Of a stretch of DNA of 64,000 bases, positions 42,156 to 52,639 are shown in pieces. The notes under the pieces are model-generated. The model was not told where the DNA came from, did not search any database, and worked only from the letters and a program-made list of their open reading frames with translations. The position numbers were made by a program, and so were the translations under genes. This stretch comes from Pseudomonadota bacterium (GTDB lineage: Bacteria > Pseudomonadota > Gammaproteobacteria > Eutrophobiales > Eutrophobiaceae): assembly GCA_038142205.1 (NCBI GenBank), contig JAYQJO010000001.1:973615-1037614 (forward strand), written 5' to 3'. Numbering within the stretch: the stretch's first letter is position 1; every line of letters begins with the position of its first letter.

Positions 42156-42716
42156 TTAGTTTGCTGCGAATGGATGTTCAGCTGAACCTTTTTTGCTTAC
42201 AACTTCAGCAGCTTTTGGTTCACGAGCAACTGCACGTTTGATTGAAAGCTTGGTTGCTTCATAGTTGTATTCCTGAATTTTAGCATCGTCATCTGCTAAC
42301 CAGTGAATGAATACACCTACAGAGATGAATACATCATCTGCTTCATCAGCTGGGATAGTGCCATCTTCAACGCAATCCATAACAGCCATAGCAACACCAC
42401 GCTGTGCAGGACCAAACATTTGTACAGCTTGTTTTGCTCCTTTAATGGTTACTTTGTTGAAAAGAATAGTTGCAGGCTTACAAACCAAGTTAGGAGCAAC
42501 AACAGCTAATAAAGTACTGAAACCATCTTTGTTGTTACATAATGCGTTAGCGAAAGCTGTTTCAGCCGCACTACCTCGTGGTCCCATCATTAAATCGATA
42601 TGAGCGACTTCGTTACCGTCACCTACTAATGCTTCACCAATTAAAGTTCTATCAATGACTGCCATTTTACTGTCTCCTCCACCTAGAAAGCCTAAGAGTT
42701 TTTTTAATATAGACAT
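42156..42716 (-). CDS. fae: Formaldehyde-activating enzyme (canonical start 42665; possible upstream start 42716)
   Basis: [44 protein letters not shown]. Confidence 0.96.
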   Translation of the reverse strand: MSILKKLLGFLGGGDSKMAVIDRTLIGEALVGDGNEVAHIDLMMGPRGSAAETAFANALCNNKDGFSTLLAVVAPNLVCKPATILFNKVTIKGAKQAVQMFGPAQRGVAMAVMDCVEDGTIPADEADDVFISVGVFIHWLADDDAKIQEYNYEATKLSIKRAVAREPKAAEVVSKKGSAEHPFAAN

Positions 42717-42820
42717 CGCCGCCTTCCTATTGTGTATATAGTTAAATTAAAGGGAAAAATCCCCATTTTGTTTTACTTACAGAAAGATTAAGCCTCTCTG
42801 TCCGCATTCTTCTTAAAATA

Positions 42821-43660
42821 TTATTTTACTAAATTATGAACCAGGAGGCTTGCTGCCGTTAAATCAGCACATGTTCCTGGGTTATAATTTTTTGCTTTTA
42901 ATTCTTCGTCAAACCTTTGTATCAAATTTAATTGCGTTTCCGGATTTGAAGCACTGAAAAAACTTTCAGCAACCACCCCGCTTTTTATTTTTATTTTTTT
43001 AGCAGCCTTCACCCCGTATTTTCTCTGAATATGTGAGTCCAAAATTGATGACATAAACATCAAATAGCAGGAAACGGTCGACCATTTTACACTATTCCAC
43101 AGTTTCTCAAAACTTTTGATTGCGGAAAAACCAGTCTCAAATACATCTTTAAAATTATTTGTATATTGCAATGCAATATAATCCCGGTGGCTGGCTAATT
43201 GCATAGCATCAATCAAGCTGCATTGTGGCGAATCGTTTACATCTTCAGATTCCACTTTGCCGAGTCCCCCAGGGTTAGCAATACGAATTGCATCATAGAC
43301 TTGCGCTGCATCTTCATCTGTTTGTCTATTGAGTATCTTTTTTATATTGCGGCGTAGCTCATTTTCATTTTTAAAACTTGATTCTGCTGCCATAATAACC
43401 GGCGCAAACAGCAATAACATGCCGAGGTTCGTATTACAGCCAACAGCTTTTTGTGTCGCCTGCACACTTTCTAAAACGCGTTGCCCCAAACTTGCTTCGG
43501 TGTTACACAATAAAGGCGTAGATACTTCTGCGCTGCGTAAAAAATCTTTAACCGTCATATCATGCCCTTCGGCATAAACACTGACATTACCGGGCTTGAA
43601 TGCTTCAATCTCGCCAACGAAACTAGCTATTACAGCGGCTTCTAATGATTCTTTATCCAT
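42821..43660 (-). CDS. CitG-like triphosphoribosyl-dephospho-CoA synthase family, Orf7
   Basis: KPGNV, NTNLGMLLL, NPGGLG, DSHIQRKYG, NPGTCAD. Confidence 0.87.
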   Translation of the reverse strand: MDKESLEAAVIASFVGEIEAFKPGNVSVYAEGHDMTVKDFLRSAEVSTPLLCNTEASLGQRVLESVQATQKAVGCNTNLGMLLLFAPVIMAAESSFKNENELRRNIKKILNRQTDEDAAQVYDAIRIANPGGLGKVESEDVNDSPQCSLIDAMQLASHRDYIALQYTNNFKDVFETGFSAIKSFEKLWNSVKWSTVSCYLMFMSSILDSHIQRKYGVKAAKKIKIKSGVVAESFFSASNPETQLNLIQRFDEELKAKNYNPGTCADLTAASLLVHNLVK

Positions 43661-43664
43661 AAAA

Positions 43665-44606
43665 CTAATTAGAGATAACTTTTAGCGGTTTATTATTAAT
43701 ATCAATGCTATTACTAACATGCTTAACAAATGAATCAATCAAACATGATGCAATATTAAAGTCGACCACTTTTTGTAAGCCATACCAGGCAGGAATACTG
43801 TTCACTTCAATAATATAAAAGTTACCGTGTTTATCTTGCATAAGATCAACGCCAGCATAATCTATATCAAGCACTTTACAGGCGGATACTGCAAGGCTCG
43901 CAATCTGTTTATCCATTTTAATGACTTCACAAGTTGCCCCCTGCGCACGATTTGTTAACCAGTCTGTACCTCGGCGCAACATTGCTGCTGCAGTTGCAAC
44001 ACCATCTATCACTAACACCCTAATGTCAGTAAATTCATTATTTTTCCGCTCAATAAAACGCTGCAAATAATAAATTCCGGCGAATTTTTCATCGTGTATC
44101 AGTCCTGTTTCTTTATCAACCAGATGAACGCCTATCCCCTGCGAACCAAACAACGGTTTCAATACGAGTTTGCTGTCGTTTTTCGTTTCTCTATTCAAAA
44201 TAGAATTAGCCTGTTCTATAGATTCACAAATCCATGTGGTTGGAGTAGGCAAACCCGCGCGACTGAGTAACAAACTCGTTAGCGGTTTATCGACGGTACG
44301 TTCTATTGATCGTGGCGAGTTATAAACGGTAATACCGGAGTCTTTTAGAGCGTGTAAAATATCGAGCCGAAAGATTACCTGCTCTAGCGTACCTCCGGGG
44401 ACTCCTCTTATAAAAAAACCAAGCGGCATTTGTTCGAAGCCAGGAAATGAAAGTTCTTTTCCTTGCCCGCCAATTTCAACTGCACAATCTGATAAAGAAA
44501 GATATTGACTCTTCAGACCGTGCTCTTTTAATGCCGAGGTTAACTGTCTTCCATGCCAGCCCGGATCATCAGTGATAATAGCTACTTTTCTTTTTCCATC
44601 TTTCAT
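43665..44606 (-). CDS. RimK-family ATP-grasp glutamate ligase Orf5
   Basis: GWHG, GTLEQVIFRLDILH, IERTVDK, KPLFGSQG, YAGVDL, EVNSIPAW. Confidence 0.88.
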   Translation of the reverse strand: MKDGKRKVAIITDDPGWHGRQLTSALKEHGLKSQYLSLSDCAVEIGGQGKELSFPGFEQMPLGFFIRGVPGGTLEQVIFRLDILHALKDSGITVYNSPRSIERTVDKPLTSLLLSRAGLPTPTTWICESIEQANSILNRETKNDSKLVLKPLFGSQGIGVHLVDKETGLIHDEKFAGIYYLQRFIERKNNEFTDIRVLVIDGVATAAAMLRRGTDWLTNRAQGATCEVIKMDKQIASLAVSACKVLDIDYAGVDLMQDKHGNFYIIEVNSIPAWYGLQKVVDFNIASCLIDSFVKHVSNSIDINNKPLKVISN

Positions 44607-44618
44607 CAAGTAAGTGTT

Positions 44619-45595
44619 TTACATATTGAAAGACTTGTTTAACAACGCCAAGTCAATTTTTCCAGCATGAAAAGTATTACCCGTTGTCAATGAACTCACA
44701 GCAACGCGGGCTGGACTGAATAACATGGCATCAATCTGGTAAAAATCGTAATTTACCGCTTTGAATATTTCACCAAAGGGTTGGCCATAATCATTTGATG
44801 CACTACTTGGCAACTTATTTGCCAATTCTTTAGCATCATCATCACTGGCTTCTACAAACAAGTGGATTTGACCCGCGAACAATATGGAGTCATTAGTACG
44901 GCTCATAGCAATCAAAAAGTCTTTCGATGGTGGACATACAGGTGCACTACCCGCGCCATCTATAATTTTGTCTAATGGAAAATGTAATGCATGTGCTTTA
45001 TGTAACGCTGTTTCCAATACACGACCTACAACCTGTATGGAGCCAGCCAAACTTGAGGTAGGCGTTAGAATAATAGTTAATGCGGATGGTTTAATACCGC
45101 ATTTTTCAGCAATTTTTTCTGAAATTTCAACAGGCGGAACTTTATCCGCTTCGATAACAATATAGGCTTCATCAGCAGAGTCGCGATAAGCTAGTTCATC
45201 ATAAAGCTCTTCACTACTGCCCATTGCGCGTGCTGGCCCGGAACCTAGCGCATTAAACGCAGCTTTTCCTTCGCCATGATTCAAGCTCCACCCCGCATAC
45301 TGACTACCCAAACAGGATAAAACAGGATTTGAACTGTGCACATCGAGATGCCATGACCAGTTTTCAAAATTTGTCGATGCTCTTAGCTTCACAGTCCCTA
45401 AGCCACCCATGCATATCTCGGCAACAATACGTCCTGCTTCTAATCCTCCGGAGAAATTGATCCCCGCATCAATAATGCGACAACCATTTCAAGCTTGGAA
45501 ACACCTACTCTTAATGCATCAGCATTTGATACTAAATGCTCAACTAAAGGCCGTGTTAATTGGTTAATACTGGGCAAAGATAATTCTTGATTCAC
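44619..45595 (-). CDS. mch: Methenyl-H4MPT cyclohydrolase (frameshift at T3 45487-45489)
   Basis: GTG 45595 with GAGGA RBS: [11 protein letters not shown]..; then [50 protein letters not shown]. Confidence 0.94.
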
Positions 45596-45679
45596 GCTAG
45601 ACTTTCCTCAAATAGGATTCGTTAAATAACTGTATTTATTATAATTTTTATTTTTGTTTTTATAGTTTACTACATCACT

Positions 45680-46801
45680 TTAACTATCTGTTTTTAGCAT
45701 AGTTTCTATTTGTGATAAGTAATTAAATAGCAAGGCTTTGGTTTTGTCTATTGAATTTTCACTGGCATGAACAGTACAAACAGGAGATTTTATTTGAATT
45801 TTGCTTCCAGCTTGCAGTCTGTCTTTGCTCCATTCCGGCCACTCAAACCTATCGTTGATAATCAGGTTTTCTTTCGCATATAAAATTGCATAACCATCAT
45901 ATTGTATGTTTTTCGCATCCTGTGCTCCAACACACGGTAATCTCCCGTCAAAAGCCGCTAAGTGGAGATCAAACAATGATTGCTGTGTTTCATGTAATTC
46001 AAATGTTGCTGGAGGCCTCGGGTTAACTTCCAGTACAACAACCTCTCCATTTTCTTTCACAATATAATCAAGCCCGCAAAGACCTTTTAAACCGCTTTCT
46101 TTTGTTATGATATTTATTATATTTTCAATAATTTCCTTATTATTTATATTTTTTTTATTTAATTTAATTGCACCTTTATATAGAAAAGGTAGCTCTTCAA
46201 AATCACCTGATTTTAATTGTTGATTGAAACCAAGTACTTTCGCTTCTTTTCCATTTGCTAGAAACAAGGCACTTAATACATCACCAGCGACAAACTCTTG
46301 ATAATAGTGAGCATCAGTAATATTTGAATTTGAATTTTTTAGGTAATTTATGTGCGTACCTCCCTGACTCGCAGTTTTTTTAATTAGGAAGCCTTTCGAC
46401 GTATTCGGTTTATGAAATTGAGTAACGGGGTGCGCTATTTTATGCTTCTCTAATAGTTTGGATAAAACGAAAGGATCTTTTATACCAGATACAGTTTCTT
46501 TCGTATTACTGAAAGTCGGGGCCAGCAGGTTTAGTTTATCGATTAATTCTGGGGCTGATTCAAAACCTGTGCCCAAAATAATTCTGGCACTGGATAAGAT
46601 TGCTAGAGTTTCTTGCGTTCTGGAAATTAACTCACTTTCAATAAACCCGTCTTCTCTGTATGCAACTTGATGAACAATATTGCAAACAGACTTTGTATCA
46701 CTATCAGCAAAACAATCTATAACGTTAACCTTATAGCCTGCGCGACTAGCTGATTCAGCCAAAGCTCTAGCAGAGGTTGAAATTATTATAATTTCAATCA
46801 C
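45680..46801 (-). CDS. ATP-grasp protein OrfY (methylofuran biosynthesis)
   Basis: SARALAESA, DCFADSD, GLCGLDY, LEVNPRP, PVCTV; lies between mtdB and mch. Confidence 0.85.
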   Translation of the reverse strand: MIEIIIISTSARALAESASRAGYKVNVIDCFADSDTKSVCNIVHQVAYREDGFIESELISRTQETLAILSSARIILGTGFESAPELIDKLNLLAPTFSNTKETVSGIKDPFVLSKLLEKHKIAHPVTQFHKPNTSKGFLIKKTASQGGTHINYLKNSNSNITDAHYYQEFVAGDVLSALFLANGKEAKVLGFNQQLKSGDFEELPFLYKGAIKLNKKNINNKEIIENIINIITKESGLKGLCGLDYIVKENGEVVVLEVNPRPPATFELHETQQSLFDLHLAAFDGRLPCVGAQDAKNIQYDGYAILYAKENLIINDRFEWPEWSKDRLQAGSKIQIKSPVCTVHASENSIDKTKALLFNYLSQIETMLKTDS

Positions 46802-46816
46802 TTAACATAAAATCTT

Positions 46817-46844
46817 AAAGTATTATAACAACTTATAATACTTT
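46817..46844. repeat. Perfect 12-bp inverted repeat between mtdB and orfY
   Basis: AAAGTATTATAA-CAAC-TTATAATACTTT. Confidence 0.6.
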
Positions 46845-46863
46845 GACTTAATTAAAGAAAAAA

Positions 46864-47772
46864 TCAAATTTTAGTAGCAAACTCTCTGGCAACTTCAAAT
46901 GCTTTTTCATGGTCAAGATAAAGTGGCTCATCTGTCTTCTTCATCATTTCAAACATGGTAAAGTGAACTTTATATTTAACATCACCAATTGCTAACGCCC
47001 CAAGTCCCCAGGTATTTTGGGGTGTATCAGATAACTCTTTTCCCATATCAAAAACATCAACTCCTTCAATCCCTAATGGAGGTACAGCATTTACATCCGC
47101 TGCAATATGTAAGTTTGATGCTTGTTTCAATTGTTTTTTGGAAAGCACCTGAATACCCGCTTTTGCCGCACCAATGACAATATGAGTTTCAGGTAGATAT
47201 TCCATTACTTTTTCCTCGGTACTACTGTCAGCTCCATACATTTCAACACCAAAACGGGCGTTGTACTCGTTAGCGTATTCAGTTGCGACCTTCGTGCCTC
47301 GACGGCTAGTCAAATATACTTTTGCGCCACAGTTCGCAGCCAAAATACCTGCACAGACACCGACAGGACCTGTACCGCCAATAATATCGATACGCTTTCC
47401 TTCCAGTGACTCACCTGATTTTCTTTTTAACTGCTCTTCAATGCATGCCATTAATGCTGCTGCAGTGGTAATCGCACCACTAGGATCAGCAAAAACTGAA
47501 ACTTCGAATGGTGGAACCATTGCTATTTTGGCACGATTAAGCATATCGATTGCTAAACCAAATTCCCTGCCACCGATGAATATACCCGTACGTTTAACGC
47601 CTTTTTTACCACGAGAAAAAATCGTGTCCTGAGTTAATGCGTGAATATCATCTAAAGCAACTTCTGAATATGGGATAACGCCATCAAACTCAGCTTCATA
47701 TGCCATATTCACATCAAAAGGACTCACGTTTTTAGTAGGATTGAACATGTGTAATAAATAGGGGTCTTTCAT
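46864..47772 (-). CDS. mtdB: NAD(P)-dependent methylene-H4MPT dehydrogenase
   Basis: NVSPFDVNMAY, QDTIFSRG, ADPSGAITTAAA, GGTGPVG, DVNAVPP, GALAIG. Confidence 0.93.
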   Translation of the reverse strand: MKDPYLLHMFNPTKNVSPFDVNMAYEAEFDGVIPYSEVALDDIHALTQDTIFSRGKKGVKRTGIFIGGREFGLAIDMLNRAKIAMVPPFEVSVFADPSGAITTAAALMACIEEQLKRKSGESLEGKRIDIIGGTGPVGVCAGILAANCGAKVYLTSRRGTKVATEYANEYNARFGVEMYGADSSTEEKVMEYLPETHIVIGAAKAGIQVLSKKQLKQASNLHIAADVNAVPPLGIEGVDVFDMGKELSDTPQNTWGLGALAIGDVKYKVHFTMFEMMKKTDEPLYLDHEKAFEVAREFATKI

Positions 47773-47849
47773 TCTTCTTTCTTCCTCATTTTAATTTTTA
47801 TAGTTTGTTTTATTACAAACTTTTTTTAAAATTGATCCGGATTCTATTT

Positions 47850-48878
47850 TTATTGATTGTTTGCTATTAAACTTTCGTTATGTTTGTCCGGTTTAGTATT
47901 ATTAACAGAAATAGTTGCGCTGTTGTTACAAGCTTTACTCATAACAAACCTTAGTCTTGATTCAGTTTGCCATTCTTCGCGATGTTTCTTCATAGACTGG
48001 AATGCCAGCGTTTCATCGGGGAATATAGCAAAGCCAGTTGGTCCCCATGAGCTTTGGCCAATGCCTGTCGCACCATCCTCAACCATAGCGTCCAATATGG
48101 GCTTAAGTAAAGGCGAAGTGTAACGCCCCCCCTGCGCTTCGGCAAAATAATCACCAATAATATTCTGTATTTGAGTGATCGCCTGCCCGAATCTGACACA
48201 ATCATTTTCTGTAATAGCGGGTAAAGCTTGCATCAATGTTAGGCGACTCAAAAAACCAGCCACATCTTTCGGCATAGGCGGCAAAGTATTAAATGCACGT
48301 CGCTCAGGTCCTCCGTTAATTCCTTCAGCTTCATCATCAAATATCAATACAATACGCCAATGTTCTGGAAATGTTAGATGACTGATTACAGGAGGCACTT
48401 CCGTATTCTCACCTCTACCACCGTCAACGATAAAACCACCGTGCATAAATGTACCAATACCTATTCCTGAGCGGGCACCACGATGTAATATTGCTGCTAG
48501 ATGTGCTGTTTTTTGTTCTGGTAAGTCATACAAGTTTACAATAGCAGAAGCAACAGCAAGCGATAATTGTGTGCCTGACCCCAGGCCAGCATGCTCAGGA
48601 ATGGCGGAATTTATTGTGATTTTCACACCACCATCAATACCGAAATGAGATAAAACTTGCTCAGCATAATTTTCAGCTCTTTTAGACGAAGGCCCAGTGA
48701 TATTTATATCATCAGCATATTCAGCACATAGAGATACTTTTACTTCAGAAATAGATAGACCTAAGCTTCCAAATTTTCTACCTAATCCACCATGCATATC
48801 AAGAAATCCCAGATGCAGGCGCGCGGGCGCATCGACACTGATACATCTTAAATTTGCATTTGATTTAATATCCTTCAT
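47850..48878 (-). CDS. mptG: Beta-ribofuranosylaminobenzene 5'-phosphate synthase
   Basis: PARLHLGF, PEHAGLGSGTQ, RGARSGIG, GGFIVDGG, GQSSWGPT. Confidence 0.93.
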   Translation of the reverse strand: MKDIKSNANLRCISVDAPARLHLGFLDMHGGLGRKFGSLGLSISEVKVSLCAEYADDINITGPSSKRAENYAEQVLSHFGIDGGVKITINSAIPEHAGLGSGTQLSLAVASAIVNLYDLPEQKTAHLAAILHRGARSGIGIGTFMHGGFIVDGGRGENTEVPPVISHLTFPEHWRIVLIFDDEAEGINGGPERRAFNTLPPMPKDVAGFLSRLTLMQALPAITENDCVRFGQAITQIQNIIGDYFAEAQGGRYTSPLLKPILDAMVEDGATGIGQSSWGPTGFAIFPDETLAFQSMKKHREEWQTESRLRFVMSKACNNSATISVNNTKPDKHNESLIANNQ

Positions 48879-48949
48879 TTGACCTTTGAAGATTTAATCT
48901 GACTTGGATTAACGAAAAGCAGAACATTATACTGTAAGCTATTAATTTG

Positions 48950-48969
48950 AGATAGTATTTTGACTATCT
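48950..48969. promoter_or_regulatory. Palindrome in the divergent mptG/fwdD promoter region
   Basis: AGATAGT-N6-ACTATCT. Confidence 0.35.
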
Positions 48970-49038
48970 TTTATTCTTTCTTAAATAGAATTTGTCCTTA
49001 ATCAATAGACCAGACTATAATCAACGACAATTTAGAAT

Positions 49039-49398
49039 TTGGGGAAATCTGTGGCGGTAAAAATGATTCTTGTTCCTGTTCGCTCAAGTAAGCAAGGCAC
49101 TTCTTTAAATGAGGGTAAACTCAAAGAAGAATATATCAAAGTAACTTCTACTCTTGAGATGAACCCTGATGACATGTCAAAACTTAAATTAGTTGATGGC
49201 GATGAAGTTCGTTTAAAAAACGAAATTGGAGAAACAATTGTTCGCTGCATTGCAAAGAAACCAGAAGAATTACCAGCTGGGACACTCTTTCTCCCCTATG
49301 GCCCACCATCTAGTCAACTAATGGATAGTGATACTGCTGGTAGCGGCATGCCCCTATCCAAGCATATGGAAGTAGAAATTGAGAAAATAGTCAGTTAA
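49039..49398 (+). CDS. fwdD: Formylmethanofuran dehydrogenase subunit D (molybdopterin dinucleotide-binding)
   Basis: RSSKQG, MNPDDM..GDEV, LFLPYGP, T.GSGMPLSK..VEIE; directly upstream of fwdB; exact start uncertain. Confidence 0.85.
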   Translation: MGKSVAVKMILVPVRSSKQGTSLNEGKLKEEYIKVTSTLEMNPDDMSKLKLVDGDEVRLKNEIGETIVRCIAKKPEELPAGTLFLPYGPPSSQLMDSDTAGSGMPLSKHMEVEIEKIVS

Positions 49399-49438
49399 AC
49401 GCATACTATGGGCCTGGATTACACTGAGGTGAGTTCGA

Positions 49439-50798
49439 ATGAGTGAAAATATCAAGATTGTTAAAGATGCCACATGTACCTTTTGTGGCTGTGTTTGTGA
49501 CGATATGGAGCTTCATGTCGATGTTGAAGAAAAACGTATCGTTAAAGCTAAAAAGGCCTGTATTCTCGGAAAGGCTTGGTTTTTAGAACACACAATCGAA
49601 GACGCTCCAGCAGCAATGATTGACGGAAAAGAAGTCTCTGTTGAAGAAGCCATTGAAGAAGCCGCTCAAACTCTGGTAAATGCAAAGTTTCCTATTACCT
49701 ATGGACTTAGTGACACAACAAGTGAAGCTCAGCGACAAGCAGTAGCAATTACCGACTACATTCATGGAAGTATTGATACCACTACATCCGTCTGCCATGG
49801 TCCATCTGGTCTGGCATTCCAGGGAATTGGTGAAAGTACCAGTACCCTTGGAGAGGTCAAAAATAGAGCGGATTTGGTCATCTATTGGGGGGGGAATCCT
49901 GCAGAATCTCATCCTCGCCACTTTGGACGCTATGCCGTTACAGCCAAAGGTATGTTTACTCCTGGCGGTAAGAAAGACAGAACGATTGTAATGGTGGATG
50001 TACGCAAAACGAAAAGTTCTCCGGTTGCTGATATTAATAACACCAAAATTAGGTAAAGATTTTGAAGTGTTGTGGGCACTTCGAGCATTAGTAAAAGGTA
50101 AAAAATTAGCAGATAATATTGAAGAAGTGACAGGCGTTCCTCTTGAAACATTAGAAGATCTCGCTGATCGTATGAAAAACTGTAAGTTTGGTGTTTTATT
50201 CTTTGGTATGGGCCTTACTATGACCCGAGGCCGTCACTTCAATTCAGGCGCCCTTCTCGCATTAGCGACTGATTTAAATGAATTTACACATTTTGTTGCT
50301 AAACCTGTTCGTGGTCATGGAAATGTAACCGGAGCAGATAACGTTGTTTCATGGCAAACAGGCTATCCATTTGGCGTTAATTTTAGCCGTGGTTACCCTC
50401 GTTTTAATCCAGGCGAATTTACCACTGTAGACACCTTATCTAACGGTCATGCTGATGCCGCATTAATTATTGCGTCCGACCCTGGTTCTAATTTCCCGAA
50501 AAAAGCGATTGACCATCTGAAGAGTATTCCTGTGGTAGCGCTAGATACCAAACGTACCGAAACAACGAAAGACGCGCACGTTGCATTCAAAACATCAACT
50601 TATGGTATTAATACTGCTGGTACCGCATACCGTATGGATGATGTTCCTATAACACTGAGACCGGCATTTGAATCACCTTTTCCAGATGATGAATCCATTT
50701 TGATAGGTATTAAAAAACGCGTGCAAGAACTAATGCTGGCTAAGCATCAGGCAAGTGGAGCAAGCGGCGAAGCAAAAGTCGCTGCAAAAGTACTTTAA
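49439..50798 (+). CDS. fwdB: Formylmethanofuran dehydrogenase Mo/W catalytic subunit B (frameshift near 50035)
   Basis: CTFCGCVCDD..C Fe-S motif, TTSVCHGPS, TLGEVKNRAD, WGGNPAESHPRH, RGHGNV, WQTGYPF, GTAYRMD. Confidence 0.9.
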
Positions 50799-50996
50799 TT
50801 TGACGCTACTTTAATTTTAATTACGACATAATCGTGATAGATTTATAGAATAATTTTTTTGAATTACTGAGACCATTTACGAGAATTACAAACTAAACTT
50901 AATAGTTATTATTTAATACTATTTTGGTTAGAGAACTTCAATAAACAGTCATCGTAAAATTACTCAAAATATAACTAGAATATTTAGGGGTATTTG

Positions 50997-52637
50997 ATGG
51001 CAGCTTCAATGCGCATCATCAATGGCAAGGTTTATGACCCTGCTAATGGTATCGATGGCAAGATAAAAGAAATTTGCATTAAAGACGGTAAGATCGTCGA
51101 GTCAGCTGCAGATGATGCAACAGTCATTGATGCACAAGGTATGGTCATTATGCCTGGTGCAGTAGACATTCATTGCCACATTGCCGGCACCAAAGTAAAC
51201 GCTTCAAGAAAACTGCAACCCGAGGATCATCGGCATGATGTTCATCCTGGAACACCATTTACACGTTCAGGTACGGGCGGCACTGTTCCGTCAACATTTG
51301 CTACTGGTTATCGTTACGCTACTTTAGGTTATACAACCGCAATGGAAGCTGCTGCTACGCCTATCGGCGCACGTCATACCTTAGAAGAATTTCATGACAC
51401 ACCTGTCATAGATAAAGGCTTTTATGTTTTACTTGCTAACAATATTTTCTTGCAGCAGCTACTCCGTGATAAGCGAACTGAAGAATTTGATCAAGCACTT
51501 GCCTGGTGGATTAATGCGACAAAGGCCTACACGGTAAAATTGGTTAACCCAGGTGGCGATGAACCATGGAAAGGTAAAAAGAATTCCAACGTCGCTGATA
51601 TCGATGAAAAAAACGATGAAGATCTATCGCCTCGTCAAATTATCGAAGCCTTTATCACTTCAGCTAACAAACAAGGTTTCCCAAAGCCACCTCATATTCA
51701 CTGTAATAACTTGGGACACAGTGGCAATTACATTACAACACTAGAAACAATGAAAACTGCGGGGGACCAACGTGTTCATCTTGCACATATTCAGTTCCAC
51801 AGTTACGGCGGCGAATTAGGTAAGAATCCAAATTCAAAAGCAAAAGAAATCATTGAATATATAAATGAACATCCCAATATCACCTGCGATGTAGGCCAAG
51901 TTATGTTTGGTAAAGCAACCATCATGACGGCGGATGCACCATTAGCTTATGTATTGAAAGGTCATACCAAAGGTAAATGGATAAATGCAGATACAGAGTG
52001 TGAAAGTGGTTGCGGCATCGTACCTTTCAATTATCAAGAGCACATTTTCATACATACACTCCAATGGGCAATTGGCTTGGAATTATTCCTGATGTCAAAA
52101 GATCCCTGGCGCGTACTTTTATCAACCGATCATCCTAATGGCGGTTCGTTTATGAGTTATCCAAAATTGATTAAATTGTTAATGGATAAGTCATTCAGAC
52201 GCGAAGAAATGAAACGCGTTAATCAAAGCGCACTAGACCACTGTTCGCTACGAGATTTGGAACGTGAATATACATTGAATGAAATCGCGATTATTACCCG
52301 TGCTGGACCAGCTAAAGTACTGGGCTTGAAAAACAAAGGTCATTTAGGTGCAGGAGCGGATGCAGACATTACCATTTATGATGAAATGGAAGATAAGGAA
52401 ATGATGTTTAATGCGCCGCGCTATGTCATTAAATCTGGTCATACTATTATTGCAAACCATGAATTCGTAACTGACTTTATCGGCAAACAACTACATATAG
52501 AACCTGAGTATGACAATAAAATCGAAGAAGTGTTGAAACCTTTCTTCGAAAGTTACTATTCCATTGAATTTTCCAATTATGCTGTTAACGATAGTTACTT
52601 GCATGATCATGAAATTATTCCGTGTAAGAAAGTATAA
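50997..52637 (+). CDS. fwdA: Formylmethanofuran dehydrogenase amidohydrolase subunit A (copy 1)
   Basis: DIHCH, KLVNPGG, HIHCNNLG, HLAHIQF, QWAIGLE, STDHPNGG. Confidence 0.92.
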   Translation: MAASMRIINGKVYDPANGIDGKIKEICIKDGKIVESAADDATVIDAQGMVIMPGAVDIHCHIAGTKVNASRKLQPEDHRHDVHPGTPFTRSGTGGTVPSTFATGYRYATLGYTTAMEAAATPIGARHTLEEFHDTPVIDKGFYVLLANNIFLQQLLRDKRTEEFDQALAWWINATKAYTVKLVNPGGDEPWKGKKNSNVADIDEKNDEDLSPRQIIEAFITSANKQGFPKPPHIHCNNLGHSGNYITTLETMKTAGDQRVHLAHIQFHSYGGELGKNPNSKAKEIIEYINEHPNITCDVGQVMFGKATIMTADAPLAYVLKGHTKGKWINADTECESGCGIVPFNYQEHIFIHTLQWAIGLELFLMSKDPWRVLLSTDHPNGGSFMSYPKLIKLLMDKSFRREEMKRVNQSALDHCSLRDLEREYTLNEIAIITRAGPAKVLGLKNKGHLGAGADADITIYDEMEDKEMMFNAPRYVIKSGHTIIANHEFVTDFIGKQLHIEPEYDNKIEEVLKPFFESYYSIEFSNYAVNDSYLHDHEIIPCKKV

Positions 52638-52639
52638 GC

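Noticed and set aside
49780-49805. Selenocysteine in FwdB or FdhA
   Set aside because: The ligand codons are TGC/TGT (Cys); no in-frame TGA
50799-50996. Hidden fwdG-like or other small gene between fwdB and fwdA
   Set aside because: AT-rich, with no Cys-motif ORF or credible start found
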